The notes below the pieces were generated by a model. That model saw nothing but the letters and a program-made list of their open reading frames with translations. It did no database searches and was not told where the DNA came from. From contig CANSKZ010000004.1 in the NCBI GenBank assembly GCA_947647595.1, positions 71,541-135,540 on the forward strand: 64,000 bases of DNA. The letters run 5' to 3'. The DNA comes from an uncultured Clostridium sp. Its GTDB lineage: Bacteria; Bacillota; Clostridia; TANB77; CAG-508. Numbering within the stretch: position 1 is the stretch's first letter; each line of letters starts with the position of its first letter. The translations under genes were made by a program, and so were the position numbers. Shown here piece after piece: positions 29,374 through 38,733 of this stretch.

Positions 29374-30147
29374 ATGAAAATTGATTTTGATTTACTTGAA
29401 AAACTAACTGAGAAAATATTTCAAATTTACGAAGAAGCTAAAAATATAAAAGAACTAGCAATAAAAAATAAAGAAGGAAATGATATTGTGACAGAAGTTG
29501 ATATGTTTATGGAGAAAAATATCATTGAAATGATTAAAGAATGGTTTCCAGAACATTCAATTTATTCAGAAGAAAGTGGGGAAGAAAAAAATAAAAGTGA
29601 ATATGAATGGTTTATTGACCCGATTGATGGAACCATTAATTTTGCTTCTGGCTTACCGTTTTTTTCGACTTCGATTGCTTTAAAAAAGATGGATGATACC
29701 ATTTTAGGACTTGTTTTGGATTATAGCCAAAAAGATGTGTATTATGCTATAAAAGGTCAAGGCGCATTTTGCAATGGAAAAAAATTACAGGTTTCAAATT
29801 GTGATAAATTAAAAAATAGTATTCTATCTTTTTGTTTGACTTCACATTATCAAGAAGAACATATAAAAGATGTTTTGAAATTAGAAGAAAAATTGGCATC
29901 AAAAGTGAGAGGACTTCGATTAATTGTTTCTGGAGCAATTGAATTATGTTGGTGTGCTTCTGGAAAAATAGAAGGTGTGTTAAATGTAAAACCAAGTGTA
30001 GGATTAAGTTCAGCAGCTGGAAAATTATTTGTAGAAGAAGCTGGTGGAAAAATTAGCAATTTACATGGAAATAAAAGAGATAAAATAGATACTATGCTTG
30101 TTACCAATGGAAAAATTCATGATGAAATTGTAGAAATTTTAAATTAA
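29374..30147 (+). CDS. Inositol monophosphatase family protein (second copy)
   Basis: WFIDPIDGT and EEAGGKISNLHG motifs. Confidence 0.75.
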   Translation: MKIDFDLLEKLTEKIFQIYEEAKNIKELAIKNKEGNDIVTEVDMFMEKNIIEMIKEWFPEHSIYSEESGEEKNKSEYEWFIDPIDGTINFASGLPFFSTSIALKKMDDTILGLVLDYSQKDVYYAIKGQGAFCNGKKLQVSNCDKLKNSILSFCLTSHYQEEHIKDVLKLEEKLASKVRGLRLIVSGAIELCWCASGKIEGVLNVKPSVGLSSAAGKLFVEEAGGKISNLHGNKRDKIDTMLVTNGKIHDEIVEILN

Positions 30148-30167
30148 GTAAAATAACTTGACTTTAA

Positions 30168-30196
30168 GAAAAAAGTTAGATATAATATTTTTAAAT
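30168..30196 (+). promoter_or_regulatory. Sigma-A promoter (TTGACT-N17-TATAAT) for the folT operon
   Basis: ttgactttaagaaaaaagttagatataat. Confidence 0.55.
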
Positions 30197-30300
30197 ATAG
30201 AGTAGGAATTTAATCGTTAAGACTCAGCTAGACGGGAAGTTGCTAGTGAGGCAAGATTTTTGAAAATCGCGTATTTTGTTCCGCATTCCGCTATGGATAA
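30197..30300 (+). promoter_or_regulatory. THF (tetrahydrofolate) riboswitch-like leader (folT motif)
   Basis: The leader has ATAGAGTAGGAATTTAATCGTTAAG...GACGGGAAGTTG...TTCCGCATTCCGCTATGG, which fits the conserved RGAGUAGG / CGUUAAG / GACGGGAAGU / UCCGC blocks of THF-I riboswitches. It sits upstream of a folate ECF S-component and folC. Confidence 0.55.
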
Positions 30301-30363
30301 GAATTTAAGAAGATAGTATCTTCTTTCTTTGTGGAGTGAATCTATAGAGAAAGGAGTTTTTTT

Positions 30364-30897
30364 ATGTCAAAATCAAAAAAAATAATTTTATCGGCGTTCT
30401 TATTGGCTTTGCTAATTGTACTTTCTAGATTTGCATCAATACAAACGCAATTGCTTGTGATTAGTACAAGCTTTATACCAATTATGATGTCAGCGATTTG
30501 GCTTGGGTTCAAATATAGCACAGTAATTGCTGGTTTAGGAGATTTAATCGGAGCACTTTTGTTTCCGTTTGGAAGTTACTTTCCTGGTTTTACAATAAGT
30601 GCAGCGATTTCTGGTTTGATTTATGGGATTTTTTTGTATGAGAATCCTCAAAAAGAACCTCAGAAAGAATGGAAGTTTACTTTAAAATTAATCGTAAGCA
30701 GTGTATTGGTTTTGGGAGTTGTCAATATTTTTATTACTTCGATTTGGTTACATATATTATATGAAAAGGCTTATTTTGCCATTATTACGACACGAGTTTT
30801 AGCACAAGTGATTATGCTTCCGATACAAGTAATTGTGATTTATGGATTGAATAAATTCACTAAACCATTTATCAAAAAATACTTATGGGAGGATTAG
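30364..30897 (+). CDS. folT: ECF transporter S component, folate family (FolT-like)
   Basis: 177 aa with 5-6 TM helices, directly upstream of folC-ecfA-ecfT and behind the THF riboswitch. Confidence 0.65.
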   Translation: MSKSKKIILSAFLLALLIVLSRFASIQTQLLVISTSFIPIMMSAIWLGFKYSTVIAGLGDLIGALLFPFGSYFPGFTISAAISGLIYGIFLYENPQKEPQKEWKFTLKLIVSSVLVLGVVNIFITSIWLHILYEKAYFAIITTRVLAQVIMLPIQVIVIYGLNKFTKPFIKKYLWED

Positions 30898-30900
30898 AAA

Positions 30901-32184
30901 GTGAACTTAGAAGAGTACTTTTCATGTTTTTATGCAGGAACTAAAAATCCTTCGCTAGAGGTAATGCATTATTTTATGGAAGAATTAGGGCATCCAGAAA
31001 AAGATTTGAAAGTAATTCATATAGCTGGTACCAATGGAAAAGGAAGCATTACGGAAATGATGTCAAATATTTTGACACAATCTGGCTATCGAACAGGAAA
31101 ATTTATGTCGCCACATTTGATTTGCTATAACGAAAGAATTGCGATAAATAATCAAAATATAACAGATGAGGAATTTGAAAATTTGATTATAGAATTAAAT
31201 CCAAAAGTCGAAACATACAATCGAACGCATGATTCTAAGGTCACTTTATTCGAATTACAAACAACAATGGCAATTTTATATTTTGCCCGAAAGCAATGCG
31301 ATTTTGTTGTTATGGAAACTGGATTAGGTGGATTGTTTGATTGTACCAATATTGTAAATGGAATGATTTCGATTATTGCTTCCATTGGCTATGATCACAT
31401 GAATCTTTTGGGAAATACTTTGGAAGAAATTGCGATGCAAAAAGCAGGAATTATCAAAGAAAAGGGCGATACGATTTTTGTAAAACAGGAAGAATTTATT
31501 AATAAAATCATAGAAAAAACATGTAAAGAAAAAAAGAATCAATTGCATTGTGTTGATTTGAAAAAAGTTGAGGAAATTTCTATTCAAGAAAATGTTACGA
31601 AATTTAGTTATGGAAAAAATCGAAATGTAGAAATTAATTTAAAAGGAGAGAAACAAATTCAAAATGCGGTCATTTGTTTAGAGTGTGTTGCTATTTTGAA
31701 AAGTCAAAATATCGTAATAGCAGATGATATTATGCGTAAAGCACTAAAAACGGTCATACATAAAGGAAGATTTGAGACGATTTGTGAAAATCCTAAAATT
31801 ATTTTTGATGGCGCACACAACGAACCTGCCATTAGCCATTTGAAAGATACGATTCAGTTGTATCATAAAAATGCCAAAAAAGTATTGATTCTTTCCATTT
31901 TTGATACCAAAGATTATCACAAAATTTTAGTACAACTTCTTGAAGAAGATGCCATTTTTATTTTTACGGACGGAAATGAAGAAGGAAGATTTGTGCCAAA
32001 AGAAACATTGTATGATATTGCGAAGAAAATAGCAAATCAGAAAACGTTGAAAAAGCTTAGCATGAAAGAGGCGCTTCAGGTTGTTAAGGAAAAATATAAC
32101 GACTATGTAACGTTTGTAGTAGGTAGTTTTTATGTATATGAAATGGTTAAGAAAGAATTAGAGGGAAAAAATGATACAAATTAA
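30901..32184 (+). CDS. folC: Folylpolyglutamate synthase / dihydrofolate synthase
   Basis: GTG start; P-loop HIAGTNGKGS and the Mur-ligase fold. Confidence 0.85.
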   Translation: MNLEEYFSCFYAGTKNPSLEVMHYFMEELGHPEKDLKVIHIAGTNGKGSITEMMSNILTQSGYRTGKFMSPHLICYNERIAINNQNITDEEFENLIIELNPKVETYNRTHDSKVTLFELQTTMAILYFARKQCDFVVMETGLGGLFDCTNIVNGMISIIASIGYDHMNLLGNTLEEIAMQKAGIIKEKGDTIFVKQEEFINKIIEKTCKEKKNQLHCVDLKKVEEISIQENVTKFSYGKNRNVEINLKGEKQIQNAVICLECVAILKSQNIVIADDIMRKALKTVIHKGRFETICENPKIIFDGAHNEPAISHLKDTIQLYHKNAKKVLILSIFDTKDYHKILVQLLEEDAIFIFTDGNEEGRFVPKETLYDIAKKIANQKTLKKLSMKEALQVVKEKYNDYVTFVVGSFYVYEMVKKELEGKNDTN

Positions 32185-32986
32185 AGATTTGGATTTTTGC
32201 TATGCTTCTGGTCAAAGCGTTTTGGAAAAGATTAATTTGGAAATAAAAGAGGGAGAAGTTGTTAGCATTATCGGAAGGAATGGTGCTGGAAAATCAAGTT
32301 TGGTGCGTTTGATAGCAGGACTTGCAAAACCTACCAAAGGAGAAATTTTAGTGGATGATATTTCTGTTCAAGATAAGAAAAAGGCAAAAGAGCTCAGAAG
32401 AAAATTAGGAATCGTTTTTCAAAATCCCGAAAATCAAATTTTGTTTCCAAGAGTTTATGAAGATATGGAATTTGCTTTGAAAAATTTGGAATTACCGAAT
32501 CGCGAAATAAGAATTCAGAATGCTTTGCAAAAAGTGGAGATGGAAAACTATAGAGAACACGATACTTATGAATTATCTCTTGGGCAAAAACAAAGAATCA
32601 ATTTTGCGAGTGTATTGGCAGTAGAGCCCAAATATATTATTTTGGATGAACCAACCACGATGATTGATTCAAAAGGAAAAGAGAAAATTTATGAGATTGT
32701 AAAAAATTTGAAAAAAGAGGGTTATACGATTATTTATGTGACAAATTTAATGGAAGAAATTATTTTGTCAGACCGTATTTTGATTTTAGAAGATAAAAAA
32801 GTGAAAACGATTTTTCCTAAAATAGAGATTTTTGAAAAGATAGAATTGTTAGAAGAAAGTAAGATTAAAATTCCAGAAATTTTAAAAATTATCTTGCAAT
32901 TAAAAAAGCAAAATATAGAAATTCATTTAAAAGAATGGACTATAGAAGAAATGACAAATGAGATTGTGAGGGTGTGTGGCGGATGA
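32171..32986 (+). CDS. ecfA: ECF transporter ATPase component
   Basis: Walker A GRNGAGKSS, the LSLGQKQR signature and Walker B ILDEPT. Confidence 0.85.
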   Translation: MIQIKDLDFCYASGQSVLEKINLEIKEGEVVSIIGRNGAGKSSLVRLIAGLAKPTKGEILVDDISVQDKKKAKELRRKLGIVFQNPENQILFPRVYEDMEFALKNLELPNREIRIQNALQKVEMENYREHDTYELSLGQKQRINFASVLAVEPKYIILDEPTTMIDSKGKEKIYEIVKNLKKEGYTIIYVTNLMEEIILSDRILILEDKKVKTIFPKIEIFEKIELLEESKIKIPEILKIILQLKKQNIEIHLKEWTIEEMTNEIVRVCGG

Positions 32987-33547
32987 AAAATACAGTAAAA
33001 TTTATCTTTTTTATGAGTTATTTAATTGGGATTTTTTGGATAAGTCATTTCGCAATTTTGGGATTTTTATTGGTGTTTCATTTTTTGTGGATTCAGATTT
33101 TTTATCGAAATTTAAAAAGATTGCTCAAAGGTTTAAAAATTCTATTGCCATTTGTGTTTTTTACTGGATTGTTAAATACATTATTGGCAGATTGGATAAC
33201 ACGGTGGCTTAATTGCAGTTAGGCTTTTGATTGCGTATCAAATTACCTATCTTTTTTCGCAATCGATGACGACTTTGGAATTTGTTAGTGTGATTCAAAA
33301 TATGTTGTATCCTTTGAAAATTTTTAAAATAAATCCAGAAAATATTGGTATGATGATGCGTATTGCATTTTGTGTTTTGCCTATTTTAAAAACAGAAATT
33401 GAGCAAAAACGCTATGCTTTGAAGGCAAAAGGAATGGAGCCTAAATTAAGCAATATAACGATTATGATAAAACCATTATTGATTTCCATTTTGCGAAGAA
33501 CAAATGAAATGGAAAAAAGTTTGAAGGCAAAAGGATATGAGGAATAA
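32983..33547 (+). CDS. ecfT: ECF transporter transmembrane (T) component; needs a +1 frame change at in-frame CGG 33202-33204
   Basis: ATGA overlap with the ecfA stop. ...LLADWIT-R(CGG)-WLNCS*; +1 gives ...DWITGGLIAVRLLIAYQITYLFSQSM...ALKAKGMEP... (EcfT signature region). Confidence 0.65.
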
Positions 33548-33567
33548 TGTTGAAAAGTAAAAAACTA

Positions 33568-33596
33568 TTGACAAAATGAAGAAAAAGTTTTATGAT
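33568..33596 (+). promoter_or_regulatory. Sigma-A-type promoter (TTGACA-N17-TATGAT) driving a ~90-nt transcript that ends at terminator 33656-33692
   Basis: ttgacaaaatgaagaaaaagttttatgat; no ORF before the terminator. Confidence 0.4.
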
Positions 33597-33655
33597 ATAA
33601 ATATAAATAGTAAATTTAAGTGGAAACACTTTTATTTATAAAGGTAATATGAAAC

Positions 33656-33692
33656 AAAAACACAGGTAGTCGCCACTACCTGTGTTTTATTA
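33656..33692. terminator. Bidirectional rho-independent terminator (cacaggtagtCGCCactacctgtg + T-run)
   Basis: The stem is related in sequence to the terminators at 14237 and 27606 (ggtag...ctacc core). Confidence 0.65.
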
Positions 33693-33698
33693 TATGAT

Positions 33699-33830
33699 TT
33701 AAAAGTTAAAAAACGTTTTTATGTTTTTCATGATTTCAGTAATCGTTTTTATCAAATTAAGTATGTTTACAAATTGTTTTTTACGTTTTTTTACTTTTTC
33801 ATCTTTTGAATTTTTGGCAATATGAAACAT
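33699..33830 (-). CDS. Small lysine-rich peptide, paralog C (43 aa)
   Basis: RBS AGGAGG + 9 nt + ATG; MFHIAKNSKDEKVKKRKKQFVNILNLIKTITEIMKNIKRFFNF; it aligns with paralog B (K-rich N-terminus, F(I/V)NI, C-terminal ...NF). Confidence 0.45.
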   Translation of the reverse strand: MFHIAKNSKDEKVKKRKKQFVNILNLIKTITEIMKNIKTFFNF

Positions 33831-34092
33831 ATAGCAAAACCTCCTTTTCACGTATTTGCACACAATTCATCACCTCCTTGTGCAGGAAAAGAGAAGTCAT
33901 ATTTTTTTGTTTTTTTGGAAAAAGCTTTTAAGAATTTAAAAACTTTTTAAGAATTAATAATGAAGTAATTATACAATGCTAATTTTCAAAATGCAATACT
34001 TTTTCAATGAATTTTAATAATTGGAATTTATTGACAAAATAACTGCTAAATGATATCATACAAGTATATTAAAAGAAAAGGAGAGTGGTAGC

Positions 34093-34281
34093 ATGAGTAA
34101 TTACCAAGGTACTACTAAAGACCGGTATGAATTAGGGGCTATACGTCATAAGGGGTTCGGAACAGGAAAACCAACTGATTGCGAAGAAGAATTCGACTGG
34201 CCAAAGGACTGGCCATATTATACCTATCATGTAAATGAGAATAACAAAGAATTGATTCAAGAAGGTCCATTTTACGGTTAA
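34093..34281 (+). CDS. Hypothetical small protein (62 aa); contains an in-frame CGG (34123-34125)
   Basis: RBS AAAGGAGAG and a terminator hairpin at 34285-34316. Confidence 0.4.
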   Translation: MSNYQGTTKDRYELGAIRHKGFGTGKPTDCEEEFDWPKDWPYYTYHVNENNKELIQEGPFYG

Positions 34282-34284
34282 GAA

Positions 34285-34316
34285 AAGTGCTTCTATTTAA
34301 AGAAGCGCTTTTTCTT
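34285..34316 (+). terminator. Rho-independent terminator
   Basis: aagtgcttct-atttaa-agaagcgctt followed by tttc. Confidence 0.5.
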
Positions 34317-34437
34317 GCTTAAAGAATTCATAGAAATTTCAATAATCTACCAATTTTTACTTGAAACCTGAAATTTTTTGTGATACAATAAAAAAGTCTA
34401 AGTTTTAGGCGAAATCAAAAATTACAAGGAGGTAAAT

Positions 34438-35130
34438 ATGATTTATTCAGAAGAAGTAGAACATATGTGTAAGGTTGCAAAAGGTGCAAAGCACGAACCA
34501 GCACCAATTCCTGAAGAAGGAAAATGGGTAAAAGCCAAAGATGTAAAAGATATTTCTGGCTTAACACATGGAATTGGGTGGTGTGCACCACAACAAGGAG
34601 CTTGCAAACTTACTTTAAATATTAAAGAGGGAATTATACAAGAAGCATTAGTCGAAACAATTGGATGTTCAGGAATGACACATTCAGCAGCAATGGCAGG
34701 AGAAATATTAGTAGGAAAAACCATTTTAGAAGCCTTGAATACAGACTTAGTTTGCGATGCAATTAATACAGCGATGCGAGAATTATTTTTGCAAATTGTT
34801 TATGGTAGAAGTCAATCTGCATTCTCAGAAGGAGGTCTTCCAGTAGGAGCAGGATTAGAAGATTTAGGAAAAGGACATAGAAGTCAAGTAGGAACGATTT
34901 ATTCAACGAATGTGAAAGGTCCAAGATATTTGGAATTAGCAGAAGGTTACATAACAGAAATTGGTTTGGATAAAAACGATGAAATCATCGGATATAAATA
35001 TGTAAATTTAGGTAAAATGATGGAAAATATCAAAAAAGGAATCGAACCAATGGAAGCCATCGAAAAAGCTTCAGGTCAATATGGAAGATTTGATGAAGCA
35101 GTAAAGAAAATTGACCCACGTAAGGAGTAA
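34438..35130 (+). CDS. Conserved hypothetical protein (Cys-rich), first gene of a GGGtGRT-protein cluster
   Basis: 230 aa with GIGWCAPQQGACKLT...TIGCSGMTHSAAMAGE; RBS AAGGAGG. Confidence 0.45.
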   Translation: MIYSEEVEHMCKVAKGAKHEPAPIPEEGKWVKAKDVKDISGLTHGIGWCAPQQGACKLTLNIKEGIIQEALVETIGCSGMTHSAAMAGEILVGKTILEALNTDLVCDAINTAMRELFLQIVYGRSQSAFSEGGLPVGAGLEDLGKGHRSQVGTIYSTNVKGPRYLELAEGYITEIGLDKNDEIIGYKYVNLGKMMENIKKGIEPMEAIEKASGQYGRFDEAVKKIDPRKE

Positions 35131-35133
35131 TCG

Positions 35134-35544
35134 ATGAAAATTTATTTTGCTGCATCTATTTATGGTGGAAGGGAATTATTAGAAGATTATAAAAGCTTGG
35201 TTATGGCATTAAAAAGTTATGGGGAAGTTTTATCAGAAGAAATTGTTGATACCAATCTATTACAAAAAGAAGAGAAAAATTCTCCAGAAGAAATTTATTT
35301 GAGTGATATTGAAAAAATCAAACAAGCAGATGTAATTTTTGCAGAATTAACGAATCCTTCTTTAGGTGTTGGCTATGAATTAGGTTATGCAGAAGCACAT
35401 TATAAAAAGATACTAGGCGTTTATAATCAGACAATCAGAGAAAAAATTACACCAATGATGATGGGAAATAAAAATATAAAGATGATAGCCTATAAAAATA
35501 TCGAAGAAATAATAAAAAAATTAGAATCATTGTTAGGTGATTGA
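35134..35544 (+). CDS. Nucleoside 2-deoxyribosyltransferase-like protein
   Basis: MKIYFAASIYGG...ADVIFAELTNPSLGVGYELGYA resembles the Nuc_deoxyrib_tr/DUF4406 fold. Confidence 0.45.
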   Translation: MKIYFAASIYGGRELLEDYKSLVMALKSYGEVLSEEIVDTNLLQKEEKNSPEEIYLSDIEKIKQADVIFAELTNPSLGVGYELGYAEAHYKKILGVYNQTIREKITPMMMGNKNIKMIAYKNIEEIIKKLESLLGD

Positions 35545-35566
35545 AAGGAGAGAGAAAATGGCTTTA

Positions 35567-36556
35567 TTTGAAAGTTATGAAAGAAGAATTGACCAAATCA
35601 ATAAATGTTTAAAGGATAATGGTATTTCTTCTTTAGAAGAAGCAAAGAAAATTTGCGAAGACAAAGGGTTAAATGTTGCTGAAATGGTAAGAAATATTCA
35701 ACCAATTTGTTTTGAAAATGCATGTTGGGCCTATACGGTTGGGGCTGCAATTGCGATTAAAAGAGGAGTAAAAACAGCATCAGAAGTGGCAAAATGTATT
35801 GGAGAGGGATTGCAAAGTTTTTGTATTCCAGGTTCTGTGGCAGATGACAGAAAAGTTGGTTTAGGACATGGAAATTTAGGAGCAATGCTTTTATCCGAAG
35901 AAACAGATTGTTTTGCATTCTTAGCAGGACATGAAAGTTTTGCTGCAGCAGAAGGTGCTATTGGTATTGCCAACAATGCTAACAAAGCAAGACAAAAACC
36001 ATTACGAGTTATCTTAAATGGATTAGGAAAAGATGCAGCACAAATTATTTCAAGAATCAATGGTTTCACACATGTGGAAACAGAATTTGATTTCTTTACA
36101 GGAAAATTAAAAATTGTCAAAGAAACACCATATTCTGATGGACCAAGAGCAAAAGTAAAATGCTATGGTGCGGATGAAGTAAGAGAAGGCGTTGCGATTA
36201 TGCATCATGAAAAAGTAGATGTTTCAATTACAGGAAACTCAACTAATCCAACTAGATTCCAACATCCAGTAGCTGGTACTTATAAAAAAGAATGTATCGA
36301 GCAAGGTAAAAAATATTTCTCAGTTGCTTCTGGTGGTGGAACAGGAAGAACACTTCATCCAGATAATATGGGTGCAGGACCTTCTTCTTATGGTATGACA
36401 GACACGATGGGAAGAATGCATTCAGATGCACAATTTGCAGGAAGTTCATCTGTTCCAGCTCACGTTGAAATGATGGGATTAATTGGAATGGGAAATAACC
36501 CAATGGTAGGTGCAACGGTTGCTGTTTCGGTTGCTGTTTATGAAGTTATGAAATAG
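35567..36556 (+). CDS. GGGtGRT-motif protein
   Basis: Contains the family-defining SVASGGGTGRTLHP motif; RBS AAAGGAGAG. Confidence 0.55.
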   Translation, partial: FESYERRIDQINKCLKDNGISSLEEAKKICEDKGLNVAEMVRNIQPICFENACWAYTVGAAIAIKRGVKTASEVAKCIGEGLQSFCIPGSVADDRKVGLGHGNLGAMLLSEETDCFAFLAGHESFAAAEGAIGIANNANKARQKPLRVILNGLGKDAAQIISRINGFTHVETEFDFFTGKLKIVKETPYSDGPRAKVKCYGADEVREGVAIMHHEKVDVSITGNSTNPTRFQHPVAGTYKKECIEQGKKYFSVASGGGTGRTLHPDNMGAGPSSYGMTDTMGRMHSDAQFAGSSSVPAHVEMMGLIGMGNNPMVGATVAVSVAVYEVMK

Positions 36557-36660
36557 AAAATCAAAAATGAAAAGAAGTTTTAGGACTTCTTTTTATTTTG
36601 CCCTTGAAAAGTTATGTAAAATGTGATAGTATATTTTCACAAATTTAAAGGAGTGAAAAT

Positions 36661-37005
36661 ATGAAATTAGTCAAATTAAATCAAGCGGAGGCTTTTGCCA
36701 ATGGTGATAAATGTAAAGTTGTGGAATATCCATTAGAAGATAAGGATATTAATTGCGCAACAGCAGTTTTAACAGGAAGATATCCAGATAAAGGATATTG
36801 CGTAAATGAAGAGTGTAAAGAATTAATTTATGTGATAGAAGGGAAAGGAACATTAAATAAAAAAGAAGAAATTATTCAATTTGAGAAAGGTGATGTGATT
36901 TTAATTGAAAAAGGTGAAAAATATTACTGGGATGCAAATTGTAGAATTGTCATGCCTTGTACACCAGCTTGGTATCCAGAACAACATAAATTTATAAATG
37001 AATAA
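36661..37005 (+). CDS. Cupin-domain protein
   Basis: 114 aa with a beta-barrel cupin signature (VIEGKGTL...GDVILIEKGEKYYW). Confidence 0.65.
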   Translation: MKLVKLNQAEAFANGDKCKVVEYPLEDKDINCATAVLTGRYPDKGYCVNEECKELIYVIEGKGTLNKKEEIIQFEKGDVILIEKGEKYYWDANCRIVMPCTPAWYPEQHKFINE

Positions 37006-37107
37006 TACAATTTTCGACTTTTCCGATAGGAACATATTGACTTTTTTATGAAAAAAATATATAATATTATAAGGAAAATAAAACTCTTACACAGAAGGGA
37101 GAAGCTT

Positions 37108-37395
37108 ATGTTAGCTAAGGTTTGGAAAAAAGTATTGTTGGCAATTTGTATTTTGGCATGTATTTATAATGTTATGCATAAATTGCTAAGCAGAACATCT
37201 TTAGAATTTCAATTAGAAAGTGTCAAAAATCAAAGCAGTATTATAGATATGTTAAATACCAATACAACAAATACCACACAAGAAACGCAAAAACCTTCTG
37301 TTTCAGAAGAAAAAACAAACTCTGTAAACCTTAAAGAAAACACGAATTCAACTACCCAAAATATATCCAATAATACAATTGTTGTAATCTATTAA
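37108..37395 (+). CDS. Hypothetical exported protein (Thr/Asn-rich)
   Basis: RBS GAAGGGAGAAG + ATG; N-terminal hydrophobic segment. Confidence 0.35.
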   Translation: MLAKVWKKVLLAICILACIYNVMHKLLSRTSLEFQLESVKNQSSIIDMLNTNTTNTTQETQKPSVSEEKTNSVNLKENTNSTTQNISNNTIVVIY

Positions 37396-37471
37396 AAAAT
37401 ACTTGCATTCTATTTGAAAATATGGTATGATAAAAAATATTGTGAAAATAAAAAAAGAGAGGTGAAGAGAA

Positions 37472-37670
37472 ATGAAAACAGAAATTCAACCCAATTATGT
37501 GATTTCAAAAATTATATGTGCTTGTGGAAATGTTATCGAAACCAATTCTACAAAAGCAGAAATGAAAGTAGATGTTTGCTCAAAATGTCATCCATTTTGG
37601 ACAGGAAATTTAAAACAAAATACAACAGGGCGGAAGAGCAGACAGATTCAAAAAGAAATATGGTGTATAA
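37472..37670 (+). CDS. rpmE: 50S ribosomal protein L31; needs a +1 frame change at in-frame CGG 37631-37633
   Basis: MKTEIQPNYVISKIICACGNVIETNSTKAEMKVDVCSKCHPFWTGNLKQNTTG-R(CGG)-KSRQ... diverges from L31. +1 gives ...TTGGRADRFKKKYGV*, the canonical L31 C-terminus (GRVDRFNKKYG), total 66 aa. Confidence 0.8.
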
Positions 37671-37786
37671 TAAAAAGTGTAAAAATTTTTTAAAAGTAAT
37701 AGAAAAAACTATTGCTTTTTTTTTTATTTTGTATATAATAATATTGAATAAAATTACAAATGAAATAAAAGAGGAGAAAATTGAGG

Positions 37787-38563
37787 ATGGAAGAAAAAGA
37801 ACCAAATGCTATATTAATGGACAAACTAGAAGAATTAAGTGAGTTAGAAATAAAAAAGTCAAAAGTGTTAGCTGTTATTTTCCAGAAAACAACAAGAGAA
37901 ATTATGAGTAAAAAAATGCAATCATTAAAATCTAATTTTAGAGAGCAAGCCGAATTTTATGGTCAAAAATGGGAAGATTATGATGCTATTTATCAAGAAA
38001 TAGCCAAAAGATATGAGGAACAATTGTCGAAAGTATTAGAAAAATATCATGAATCATTTGTGAACATGTATTTAGAATTGCAGGAAGCTGAATGTAATCA
38101 AAAAATTGCAATGACAAATTTAAAAAAGAGTTATGAAATAAAACAAGAAATTTTAAAATCAGCAAATTTCAATAAAATAGAAGAATTTGAACGAAAAATA
38201 AAAGCTTGTTTGCAAAAGAAAGACAATTATGATGAAATTATTGAGGAATGTGAAAAAGAACTAGAAAAATGTACGACCAATTTAGAAAGCCAAATGAATG
38301 CTTTATTTGCAGATAAATTAAACCAAATCGCTTTAAAAGAAGAAGGAGCATTCGCAAAATTAATTCAAAAGATTAAAAATATGTTTAGCGGTAAAACAAA
38401 ATTTAAAACATATGTGATAGAACCAATTGATATAGAATTGGAAATGAGGGACAGTAAATTGCCAGATATTATCAATGATATGCATCAAGACATTGTCCGA
38501 TTTGTAGCAAAAATCAAACAAGCAAAAGCTCAGACAAATGAAATATTTAATCAAATGATGTAA
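37787..38563 (+). CDS. Hypothetical coiled-coil protein
   Basis: 259 aa, highly charged and helical; no motif. Confidence 0.45.
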   Translation: MEEKEPNAILMDKLEELSELEIKKSKVLAVIFQKTTREIMSKKMQSLKSNFREQAEFYGQKWEDYDAIYQEIAKRYEEQLSKVLEKYHESFVNMYLELQEAECNQKIAMTNLKKSYEIKQEILKSANFNKIEEFERKIKACLQKKDNYDEIIEECEKELEKCTTNLESQMNALFADKLNQIALKEEGAFAKLIQKIKNMFSGKTKFKTYVIEPIDIELEMRDSKLPDIINDMHQDIVRFVAKIKQAKAQTNEIFNQMM

Positions 38564-38573
38564 GGAGAAAAAC

Positions 38574-38717
38574 ATGGGAAATATTGTATTAGATGGAGAA
38601 ATGATTAACTTAAATACACTTACAATGGAAAAATTAAAAAACATTTTAGATAAGATAGATACAGAGGAATTAGTTGTCAAAGAAGAAATTAGTGAAATAT
38701 TAGAAGAATTAGCGTAA
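38574..38717 (+). CDS. Small hypothetical protein (47 aa)
   Basis: RBS TAAGGAGAAAAAC + ATG; MGNIVLDGEMINLNTLTMEKLKNILDKIDTEELVVKEEISEILEELA. Confidence 0.3.
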   Translation: MGNIVLDGEMINLNTLTMEKLKNILDKIDTEELVVKEEISEILEELA

Positions 38718-38733
38718 GATAAAGGAGTAAAAA

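Noticed and set aside
37414-37842. 142-aa ORF overlapping rpmE in another frame
   Set aside because: rpmE (L31), with its zinc ribbon, occupies this DNA. The overlapping ORF translation is low complexity.
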